A stretch of 64,000 nt of DNA from the NCBI GenBank assembly GCA_963787125.1, contig CAWBBV010000018.1, forward strand, positions 1 through 64,000, read 5' to 3'. This document shows, in pieces, positions 48,039-56,755 of the stretch (the stretch's first letter is position 1; each line of letters begins with the position of its first letter). The translations under genes and the position numbers were made by a program. The notes beneath the pieces are model-generated. The model made no database searches. It had not been told where the DNA came from and worked only from the letters and a program-made list of their open reading frames with translations. This DNA is from an uncultured delta proteobacterium (GTDB lineage Bacteria; Desulfobacterota; Desulfuromonadia; Geobacterales; DSM-12255).

Positions 48039-50405
48039 ATGAAAACAGCAGGACTACTGTTTCTTCTCTGCATGACAGTCACCTCTCAGTCAATGGCCGC
48101 CGAGACCGGGACTGACCCCTATGCCGGTTCCAAAAGCTGCCGCGAGTGCCACGAGCGTTTCTACGGACTCTGGTCAGGATCCATGCACGGCCTTGCCATG
48201 CAGCCGTACACGGAAACTTTTGCCAGGGAGAAGCTTTCCCCCCAGCAGGATGACGTGATCATCGGCACAAAGCGCTACCGTGCCGAGGTCGGCTATGTCC
48301 TGGAGACCGGAGTAGACGGTAAGAAAAAACAGTTCAAAATTGACTATGCTCTTGGCGGCAAGAATGTTTTCTACTTTCTCACCCCGATGGATAAGGGGCG
48401 GCTGCAGACCCTGCCGGTGGCCTATGACGTCCGCAAGAAGGAATGGTTCGACACCGCTCTCTCCGGACTGCGCCATTTCCCGGGTCAGATGAACAGTGAG
48501 ACACCGGTAGGGTGGCAGGAGTATCCCTACACTTTTAATACCTCCTGCTATGGCTGCCATGTCAGCCAACTGGCCACCAACTACGACCTGAAGAGCGACA
48601 GCTACAGCACCACCTGGAAAGAACCCGGCATAAACTGCGAGACCTGCCATGGTGGTTCAGAGACCCATAACGCGATCATGCGCAAGCTCCCCAAGGGTGA
48701 AAAGCCGGCTGACAATTCAGATTTCGGCCTGATCCGCACCAAGAAATTCACCCCGGCGCAGCATAACGACGCCTGCAACTCCTGTCACTCCAAGGCCATG
48801 CCGCTCACCGCCGCCTACAAAACGCCGGAGCGATTTTTAGATCACTTCGACCTGGTAACGCTTGAAAACGCCGATTTCTACCCGGATGGTCGCGATCTGG
48901 GGGAGAACTACACCCAGACCTCCTGGCGTATGAGCCCCTGCGCCAAGGACGGCAAGTTGCACTGCGTCAACTGCCACACCTCCAGCGGTCGCTACCGTTT
49001 CAAGAAAGAGAAGTTCAACAACGCCTGCCTCCCTTGTCATGAAGAGCGGGTCAGGAATGTTGCGGCCCACAGCCACCATCCGGCTGACAGCGAGGCTAGT
49101 CGCTGTGTCTCCTGTCACATGCCCAAAACCGAATTTGCCCGGATGCAGCGCTCTGACCACTCCATGCTGCCGCCGACCCCGGCGACGACAATCCTTTACC
49201 AGTCACCTAATGCCTGTAACGGTTGCCACGGAGACAAAGACGCTGCCTGGGCTGACAAGCTGGTGCGCAGTTGGCGGCAAAGGGACTATCAGGCAACCGT
49301 GCTTAAACGGGCCGCCCTGATCGATGCGGCGCGCAAACGGGACTGGACAAAGCTGGCGGCAATGCTGACTTATATCGGTGATCCAAAGAGTGATGAGATC
49401 TTTGTCACTTCCCTCATCCGGCTGCTGGGGCGCTGCGACGATCCGAAAAAGGTGCCGGTACTGCGCGCGGCACTTAACAGTCCGTCACCGCTGATCCGCG
49501 GCGCTGCTGTCGAAGGGCTGGGGCAGAGTCCGAGTATTGAAGTGCTGCAGGATATTGCTGTTGCCACCAGCGACGACTATCGTCTGGTACGGGTTCGGGC
49601 CGCAGCGGCCATGGCCCAGTTTCCTAACATGAGAGCCCAGGGGAAGGGGAAGGAACGGCTCGACAAGGCCACCGACGAGTTTCTGGAATCCCTCAGGGCC
49701 CGGCCTGACAGTTGGGATGGTCATTATAATCTGGGGAACTACTACCTGGGGCAGAACAAGCCGAAAGAGGCGTTGGTCGAGTACGACATCGCCTACAAGC
49801 ATGAACCGCAGTCGGTCCTGACCCTGGTCAATGCTGCCATGGCCCATGCCAAGCTGGGAGAGCCTGCCAAAGCTGAAGCTAAGTTGAATGAAGCACTGAA
49901 GATAAATCCCGACAGTTCGGCGGCCCTCTACAATCTGGGACTGGTCAAGGCTGAACTGGGTGATATTGGTGCAGCAGAGATGAACCTGAAGGCGGCCTTC
50001 ACGACCGATCCGCAGCTGGCAGGCGCGGCTTATAACCTTTGCATTATCGCCGCCAAAGATCGCCCGGCCGAGTCGCTGGACTGGTGCAAAAAGGCGGTAA
50101 CGCTCCGGCCGCAGGAGCCGAAATATGCTTCAACGTTAGCCTTCTATCAACAGCAGGGGGGCGACAGTGCTGCTGCTGTTACCACCCTGGTCGCCCTTGT
50201 CAGCCGGGTGCCGACCTATCCTGATGCCTACCTTCTGTTGGGAGAAATCTACGAGAAGCAGGGAAAAAAGGCTCAGGCAGTCAAAGTTTACCAGCAGGCG
50301 CTGGCTGTAGAGGGGATATCCCCGAAAGCCAAAGAGTATATAAAGACGAGGCTGGAAGCAGTGCAGGGGCCTGCTAAGACAGGGCCGCGTTTGCCGAGGA
50401 AGTGA
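48039..50405 (+). CDS. octaheme cytochrome c with HEAT and TPR repeats
   Basis: Signal peptide; CRECH, CYGCH, CETCH, CNSCH, CVNCH, CLPCH, CVSCH, CNGCH; C-terminal YNLG-type TPR repeats. Confidence 0.88.
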   Translation: MKTAGLLFLLCMTVTSQSMAAETGTDPYAGSKSCRECHERFYGLWSGSMHGLAMQPYTETFAREKLSPQQDDVIIGTKRYRAEVGYVLETGVDGKKKQFKIDYALGGKNVFYFLTPMDKGRLQTLPVAYDVRKKEWFDTALSGLRHFPGQMNSETPVGWQEYPYTFNTSCYGCHVSQLATNYDLKSDSYSTTWKEPGINCETCHGGSETHNAIMRKLPKGEKPADNSDFGLIRTKKFTPAQHNDACNSCHSKAMPLTAAYKTPERFLDHFDLVTLENADFYPDGRDLGENYTQTSWRMSPCAKDGKLHCVNCHTSSGRYRFKKEKFNNACLPCHEERVRNVAAHSHHPADSEASRCVSCHMPKTEFARMQRSDHSMLPPTPATTILYQSPNACNGCHGDKDAAWADKLVRSWRQRDYQATVLKRAALIDAARKRDWTKLAAMLTYIGDPKSDEIFVTSLIRLLGRCDDPKKVPVLRAALNSPSPLIRGAAVEGLGQSPSIEVLQDIAVATSDDYRLVRVRAAAAMAQFPNMRAQGKGKERLDKATDEFLESLRARPDSWDGHYNLGNYYLGQNKPKEALVEYDIAYKHEPQSVLTLVNAAMAHAKLGEPAKAEAKLNEALKINPDSSAALYNLGLVKAELGDIGAAEMNLKAAFTTDPQLAGAAYNLCIIAAKDRPAESLDWCKKAVTLRPQEPKYASTLAFYQQQGGDSAAAVTTLVALVSRVPTYPDAYLLLGEIYEKQGKKAQAVKVYQQALAVEGISPKAKEYIKTRLEAVQGPAKTGPRLPRK

Positions 50406-50791
50406 GAACCAGAAATTACCCTAACCTCTGCGGACGACGGTCTCGTGCGTCACTACTTTGTAGAGGCGCTTGCAACCGAATCGGACTGGGCGCCATGCGA
50501 CAAGCGTGGGGGCGGCATAAAGTGCGTCAAACCGGTAAATAATTAGTAGCTACAGTCCTTAGATGGTGTTTTTTTCTCACTGACTGATACTGGTCACTGC
50601 AAACTTCCTTCAAATTCCAAAGTTGTAACCTTTCTTCTGTGTTCAGAACTATGAATTTACTCTCTATCTCCCCCGGTATTTATCCCGTGAACATAGAAAA
50701 CATCTGCCTTTGCAGTAGATTATGCTGCTGCAATCTGTTATGAATACTTCCAAATGGGTATCCCATTCAGCGCTCCTAAATGAGGTGGAGG

Positions 50792-51409
50792 ATGGCATTA
50801 TCTGATGATTACCTGCAAGTCACTGCTGACGAGGGGTTGCAGCGTTTAAAGGAAGGCAACGAGCGGTTCCTGTCTGGCAGGGCCCGTTTTCCCACGATCC
50901 GCAATGATGTGCTTGCGGCCCTGGCAAAGGCGCAGCGCCCGTTTGCCACCATCATCGGCTGCAGCGATTCCCGCGTGCCGCCGGAACTGCTCTTCGATGC
51001 TGATTTCGGTGAACTGTTCGTCATCAGGATCGCCGGAAATGTGTTGTCACCAGAGATTGTCGGCACACTGCAGTATGCCGGCATACATCTGAAAACCCAG
51101 CTATATGTCATTCTGGGCCATGAAGGCTGCGGCGCCGTACAGGCGGCTGTCGAAATGAAGTTCCGCAACGCCAGAGAGAAATCGCGGATTGAAGTCCTGC
51201 TGCAGAGCATCCTGCCATGCCTTGATGGTATTGATCCATTGGCAGAGCCGCAGGAACAGGTCGCACAAGCGGTTGAGGCCAATGTCCGCTGGTCCATGCA
51301 GCAGCTGCTGGAATCACCGGAAGGTCGTCTCCGTGCGGCTGAAGGGGTATTTTAGCTGGTAGGGGCGATCTGCGATATTGAAACCGGCCGGGTGCGTTTC
51401 CTGGAGTAA
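50792..51409 (+). pseudogene. beta-class carbonic anhydrase with an in-frame TAG 17 codons before the natural end
   Basis: CSDSR and HEGC zinc motifs; TAG at 51353-51355 followed by LVGAICDIETGRVRFLE-TAA. Confidence 0.75.
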
Positions 51410-51459
51410 GATTCGCTCAAAAACAGCAACATTGAACCCGTAGTATTCTTGAGGTAACC

Positions 51460-53145
51460 ATGATTTCATCGTGTCAAAAGTTATATCGTCTGTTCTGTCT
51501 GTCCGTACTGGTGGCGGTACTAGCCTGCGGTCCTGCTGCTGGAGCCGAGCCGGCAAAAACAGTTGGACCACCAGCTGTCAGCGCTGATCCTGTTGATCCC
51601 GCTGTATCAGTCCAGCCGGCGATTGTTCCAGCTCCCCTGGTTGTGCTCAACCGCACGGTGACGGTGTTTCGCTTCCCCTATTTCGGCATTGTTCCGGCAG
51701 ACCGGGCAGCGCGTGCCAAAAAGGATATCCTGCGGATACTGGATAAAGGGGGTGTGGGGAAAGTCACCATTCAACCGACTGCCCTGGGGCGGGTTATCCT
51801 GATCGATGGCGAGTTTGTCTTTTCTCTGTATCCAAAAGATGTCGATCAACTTGAAGGTGAGACCCTTGACCGGGCAGCACAAAATGCAGTGCAGGAATTG
51901 ACCCTTGTCGCAACGGAAACCAGAGAGGTCCGCAATATTTCGGCCATGACCCGTGCAGGGGGGAAGGCTTTGCTGGCTACGGTCGTTCTGTTGCTGCTGG
52001 TATGGGTTATACACCGCATGCGGGTATGGGTCACCGGGCGCATTCTGCCTCTGGTCCAGGAAAAATCGTCACAGCTGCGTATCGACGGGGAAGCTCTTCT
52101 TAACGGTGAACTTGTTCTCAAAGCGGTGAGGTGGGTCTTTGCGATCTTTTACTGGCTCGTAACGCTGGTGATGATCAACGAGTGGCTCGGGTATACCCTG
52201 GGGCTCTTTCCCTATACCCGTCCATGGGGTGATCGTTTGACGCAGTATCTGCTCATTATGGCGGGGACCATCATCAGTAGTATGGTTTCAACAATACCAA
52301 ACCTGCTGATTGCATTCATAATATTCCTGATTGCCAAGGCTTTTATCAACCTGCTCAACTCTTTTTTTGATCGGGTGAAAACCGGTGATATCAAACTTTC
52401 CTGGCTTGATGAAGATACCGTGCGCCCTACGCGTCGACTGGTCGCGGGGGCAATCTGGGTGTTTGCCCTGGCCATGGCCTATCCCTATCTGCCCGGTGCT
52501 GAGACCCAGGCCTTCAAAGGCCTTTCAGTGCTGCTGGGTCTGATGCTCTCTCTGGGTGCCTCCAGCCTTGTGGGACAGGCAGCCAGCGGTCTGATCCTGA
52601 TGTATACCCGCACCCTGCGTGCCGGTGAATACGTCGGTATCAGCGAAAAAGAGGGGACGGTTGTCGATGTCGGCCTATTCACTACCCGCATTCGTACCGG
52701 TATGGGTGAAGAGCTGACCCTGCCCAACTCCTTTATTCTCGGCACGGTCACCAAGAATTATTCGCGGGCGGTTAAGGGGAAAGGCTTTATTCTCAGCACC
52801 ACGGTGTCCATAGGCTATGACACCCCCTGGCGGCAGATTCATGCCATGCTGATCGAGGCGGCCCGACGTACCTCGGGTGTGCTGGCTGATCCGGTGCCAC
52901 GGGTATTTCAGCACGCACTTGCTGACTATTATCCAGAATACCGCCTTGTCTGTCAGGCGATTCACAGCACATCGCTTTCCCGTGCCGAGGCGCTGACCGC
53001 CCTCCATGCCAATATCCAGGATGTTTTCAATGAATATGGCGTCCAGATCATGTCGCCTCATTACATGAACGATCCGGGTGAGGCAAAGGTGGTGGCAAAA
53101 GCTGACTGGTACGCTGCTCCGGCAGCGCCGCCGAACGAGCGATAA
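51460..53145 (+). CDS. MscS-family mechanosensitive channel
   Basis: TMs, GEYV...EGTVVDVGLFTTRIRT...PNS, VSIGYD. Confidence 0.88.
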   Translation: MISSCQKLYRLFCLSVLVAVLACGPAAGAEPAKTVGPPAVSADPVDPAVSVQPAIVPAPLVVLNRTVTVFRFPYFGIVPADRAARAKKDILRILDKGGVGKVTIQPTALGRVILIDGEFVFSLYPKDVDQLEGETLDRAAQNAVQELTLVATETREVRNISAMTRAGGKALLATVVLLLLVWVIHRMRVWVTGRILPLVQEKSSQLRIDGEALLNGELVLKAVRWVFAIFYWLVTLVMINEWLGYTLGLFPYTRPWGDRLTQYLLIMAGTIISSMVSTIPNLLIAFIIFLIAKAFINLLNSFFDRVKTGDIKLSWLDEDTVRPTRRLVAGAIWVFALAMAYPYLPGAETQAFKGLSVLLGLMLSLGASSLVGQAASGLILMYTRTLRAGEYVGISEKEGTVVDVGLFTTRIRTGMGEELTLPNSFILGTVTKNYSRAVKGKGFILSTTVSIGYDTPWRQIHAMLIEAARRTSGVLADPVPRVFQHALADYYPEYRLVCQAIHSTSLSRAEALTALHANIQDVFNEYGVQIMSPHYMNDPGEAKVVAKADWYAAPAAPPNER

Positions 53146-53243
53146 CAGTGATGTGCGGAGTGCAGTGGCGAAAACAGTTTAAGTTGGTATAGTAACAGGG
53201 TCGATGTAGGGAAGGGAAAATGACCCGCTGGAAAGGAAGGACC

Positions 53244-53873
53244 ATGGCTTGTCTTACGCCGCTCATTGCCTGCCACGAATGTGATCTGCTCCAACGGGAG
53301 ATTCTCCTCCCTCCGGGGAGGGTGGTTTGTTGTGCTCGCTGTGGCGCTGAACTGTATCGCTCTGCCCATAAGAGCCTTGATAAACCACTCGCCTTTCTGC
53401 TGACCGCTGCCCTGGTGCTGATCATCGCCAACGTGTACCCCATTGTCGGCCTTGAAATCCAGGGGACGAGCAACTCAACCACTCTTTTTGGCGCTTCTCA
53501 TGCCCTTTGGGCTCAGGGGATGGAGGCGATCGGCGTTCTCGTCTTCCTGACGACCTTTCTGGTGCCTGCAGTGGAGCTGGTCATAATGGGTTATCTCCTC
53601 CTGTCGCTGAAGTACGGTCGCAGACCGGCCGGGCTTGCCGTCATGATGCGGGTTCTGCAGCATGTCAACCCCTGGGGGATGGTGGAGGTTTTCATCCTCG
53701 GGGTGATAGTGGCGCTGGTGAAACTCACTCATTACGGCACCCTTATCCCCGACCTCGCTCTCTGGGCATTCGGCATTCTCACCCTGTTGCTGGCCGCGAC
53801 CGCATCTTCATTCGACAGTCGCGACGTCTGGGATCGGGCGTCCAGACTGTTGGACAGTGAGGTGCGAGTATGA
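53244..53873 (+). CDS. pqiA: paraquat-inducible protein A (N-terminal half type)
   Basis: CHECD...CARCG zinc motif; PWGMVEVF. Confidence 0.88.
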   Translation: MACLTPLIACHECDLLQREILLPPGRVVCCARCGAELYRSAHKSLDKPLAFLLTAALVLIIANVYPIVGLEIQGTSNSTTLFGASHALWAQGMEAIGVLVFLTTFLVPAVELVIMGYLLLSLKYGRRPAGLAVMMRVLQHVNPWGMVEVFILGVIVALVKLTHYGTLIPDLALWAFGILTLLLAATASSFDSRDVWDRASRLLDSEVRV

Positions 53874-54511
53874 GCGATTCACCGCTTACAGCTGCCAGCC
53901 TCGGTCTTGTCTCCTGTCATACATGCGGCCTGCTTTCGAAGGGTTCGGTTTCAGGCGGCGCAGCCCATTGTCCGCGCTGTTTTGCTGAGCTTCATTTTCG
54001 CAAGCCGGACAGCGTGGCCCGCTCCTGGGCCCTGCTGATCGCGGCGTATATCATGTATATCCCGGCCAATCTGCTGCCGATGATGGAGACGAGTTCCCTG
54101 TTCGGCTCACAGGACGACACTATCATGAGCGGTGTCGTGTACCTCTGGCGTTCAGGTTCCTGGGATCTTGCCCTGATTGTATTCATCGCCAGCATTATGG
54201 TGCCGCTATTAAAACTGATCGCCATGACGGTGCTGCTGATCACGGTGCAGCGCCGCTCAGTCTGGCAGCCGCTCCAGCGGACCAAGCTCTACCGGATCGT
54301 CGAGTTTGTCGGCCGCTGGTCGATGCTGGACATTTATGTTGTTACCATCCTTGCCGCCCTGGTGCAGATCGGCTCACTGGCGACCATCAAGGCCGGTCCG
54401 GCGGCACTGGCTTTTGGCGCTGTTGTTGTTCTGACCATGTTTTCCGCAATGCAGTTCGACCCCCGATTGATTTGGGATCCACTACAAAAAGAGAGGCCCG
54501 AGCATGACTGA
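53870..54511 (+). CDS. pqiA: paraquat-inducible protein A (C-terminal half type)
   Basis: CHTC...CPRC; PANLLP; GRWSMLDI; FDPRLIWD. Confidence 0.9.
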   Translation: MSDSPLTAASLGLVSCHTCGLLSKGSVSGGAAHCPRCFAELHFRKPDSVARSWALLIAAYIMYIPANLLPMMETSSLFGSQDDTIMSGVVYLWRSGSWDLALIVFIASIMVPLLKLIAMTVLLITVQRRSVWQPLQRTKLYRIVEFVGRWSMLDIYVVTILAALVQIGSLATIKAGPAALAFGAVVVLTMFSAMQFDPRLIWDPLQKERPEHD

Positions 54512-56135
54512 CAAGCACGATAATCCTGAGCTCTCCGCCATTCCGGAAGCAGTTGCAGAGCCGAAAAAGACCCATTCGATCCAGCTGGTCTGGCTTATCC
54601 CGATCATTGCCGCGCTGGTGGGTGGAACACTGGCGGTCAAGACCTATCTGCAGAAAGGGCCGACCATCACCATTGCCTTCAAGACCGGTGAGGGGCTGGA
54701 GGCGGGCAAGACCAAGATCAAGTTCCGGGATGTCGAGGTCGGGGTGGTAACAGAGATTGTCATTGCCAAGGATCTCAAGCAGGTGATTGCGACTGCCGAA
54801 CTGAAAAAGGGGGCCACCCCCTATCTGGTGGAAGATACCAGGTTCTGGGTGGTACGTCCCCAGATTTCCGGGGGGAGCGTCACCGGTCTCGGGACTCTTA
54901 TGGGCGGCTCCTATATCAACTTTGACATCGGCAAATCCAAGCAGTCGCTGATGGCCTTCAAAGGGCTGGATACTCCGCCGGCCATTACCACGGATCTGCC
55001 CGGAACCCGCTTTCTGCTGCACGCTCTGGACATCGGTTCGCTGGATATCGGTTCGCCGCTTTATTTCCGGCGTATTCAGGTCGGGCAGGTTATCTCCTAC
55101 GATCTTGACAAGGGGGGTAACGGGGTGACCTTTACGGTTTTCGTCAATGCCCCCTATGACCAGTATGTCAAGGCGAACACCCGCTTCTGGAATGCCAGCG
55201 GTATCGACCTCACCGTGGATGCTTCCGGACTGAAGCTGGATACCCAATCGCTGGTTTCGATTCTGGTGGGGGGGATCGCTTTCCAGACTCTGGACGCTGA
55301 GGGTGAATTTCCGCCCACCTCTCCCAATACCGCCTTTACTCTCTTTGTTAACCGTGAAGAGGCAATGAAGCATCGCGATACGATCAGCCAGAGCTATTTC
55401 ATGGTATTCAAGGAGTCGGTGCGGGGCCTGACGGTCGGGGCGCCGGTTGATTTCCGCGGGGTCATTATCGGCGAAGTGACTGATATCCGCATGGAGCTTG
55501 ACCCCCGCACCAAGGAAGTCAATATGCTGGTCTTTATCCGTAACTATCCGGAACGCTTCCGTTCACGGGTTGTCGGCAAGTTGCCTTCGATAAAAGAGAA
55601 TGAGATGCTCATCGGCAAACTTGTCGAGAGCGGTCTGCGGGCGCAGCTCAAGAGCGGCAATATGCTGACAGGGCAGCTTTATGTTGCCCTGGACTTTTTC
55701 CCCAATGCCAAGAAAGCAAAGATAGACAGGGCGAAGAACCCGCCCCAGTTTCCGACTACTCCCGGCAGTCTGGTAGAGTTGCAGGCGACTCTGGATAAAA
55801 TCCTCAAGAAAATGGATGATCTGCCGCTTTCAGAAATTGTCGCTGAAGTGCGTCAGACTGTGCAAAGCCTTGATGCAACTCTCAAGAGCGCAGACAAAAC
55901 AATCAAGCGGGTAGATGCCGATATCGTGCCGGAGATACGGGCGGCACTGGAAGAGGCGCGGAAAACTCTGGGTGCCGCCAAACAGACTCTGTCGGCTGAT
56001 GCGCCGCTGCAGACCGACCTGCGCGAGACGCTCCGCGAACTCTCCAAGGCAGCCCAGTCGCTGCGGGTCTTGACCGATTATCTGGAGCGTCACCCGGAAA
56101 ACCTGATCCGTGGCAAACAGGAGGATAAACCATGA
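54504..56135 (+). CDS. pqiB: MCE-domain intermembrane transport protein
   Basis: WLIP, GLEAGKT, three MCE repeats, LERHPENLIRG end. Confidence 0.92.
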   Translation: MTDKHDNPELSAIPEAVAEPKKTHSIQLVWLIPIIAALVGGTLAVKTYLQKGPTITIAFKTGEGLEAGKTKIKFRDVEVGVVTEIVIAKDLKQVIATAELKKGATPYLVEDTRFWVVRPQISGGSVTGLGTLMGGSYINFDIGKSKQSLMAFKGLDTPPAITTDLPGTRFLLHALDIGSLDIGSPLYFRRIQVGQVISYDLDKGGNGVTFTVFVNAPYDQYVKANTRFWNASGIDLTVDASGLKLDTQSLVSILVGGIAFQTLDAEGEFPPTSPNTAFTLFVNREEAMKHRDTISQSYFMVFKESVRGLTVGAPVDFRGVIIGEVTDIRMELDPRTKEVNMLVFIRNYPERFRSRVVGKLPSIKENEMLIGKLVESGLRAQLKSGNMLTGQLYVALDFFPNAKKAKIDRAKNPPQFPTTPGSLVELQATLDKILKKMDDLPLSEIVAEVRQTVQSLDATLKSADKTIKRVDADIVPEIRAALEEARKTLGAAKQTLSADAPLQTDLRETLRELSKAAQSLRVLTDYLERHPENLIRGKQEDKP

Positions 56136-56731
56136 TTAACCTCAATTCAATCAAGCGTCTGACACTGTTCTTGCTGCTGATTTTGACGGTCGGCTGCAGC
56201 AGATCACCGCGATCGATGTTTTACACGCTCAACGCCTTGGCAACACCGGATTCCGCCCAATTTACGCAAGAGTCTGTGGCTATTGGACCGGTTACTCTGC
56301 CCGATCTGCTGGATCGGCCGCAGCTTGTTGTGCGGACCTCAGTCAATCAGGTCGATATTCTGGAAACTCACCGCTGGGCTGAGTCGCTGAAGAGCGAGAT
56401 CCCGCGCATTGTTGGTGAGAATCTTGATATTCTCCTCAAACCGGCAAGAGTCTCGACATACCCCCAGAACGCCGGGGCGGATGCGACTTACCGGGTCACG
56501 CTTGATATCCAGCGTTGCGAAATGACAGAGGGGAAAGGGGTGCGCTTTGTTGCTCTCTGGTCAGTTCGACGGGTTGAAGGTGGAGTTAGCAGAAGTGGTC
56601 GTACTGAAGTAACCGAGCCGGTCGGAGTCGCCGGTTTTGAGCCGTTGGTGGCTGCTCAGAGTCGCGCTCTGGTTACAGTCAGTCGGGATATTGCCGAGGC
56701 GTTGAGAACCGTGGCGGCATCAACTCAATAA
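56132..56731 (+). CDS. pqiC: PqiC-family lipoprotein
   Basis: TVGC lipobox, LDRPQLV, HRWAE. Confidence 0.88.
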   Translation: MINLNSIKRLTLFLLLILTVGCSRSPRSMFYTLNALATPDSAQFTQESVAIGPVTLPDLLDRPQLVVRTSVNQVDILETHRWAESLKSEIPRIVGENLDILLKPARVSTYPQNAGADATYRVTLDIQRCEMTEGKGVRFVALWSVRRVEGGVSRSGRTEVTEPVGVAGFEPLVAAQSRALVTVSRDIAEALRTVAASTQ

Positions 56732-56755
56732 TAAATCTTTAAAGAGAATATCTGG

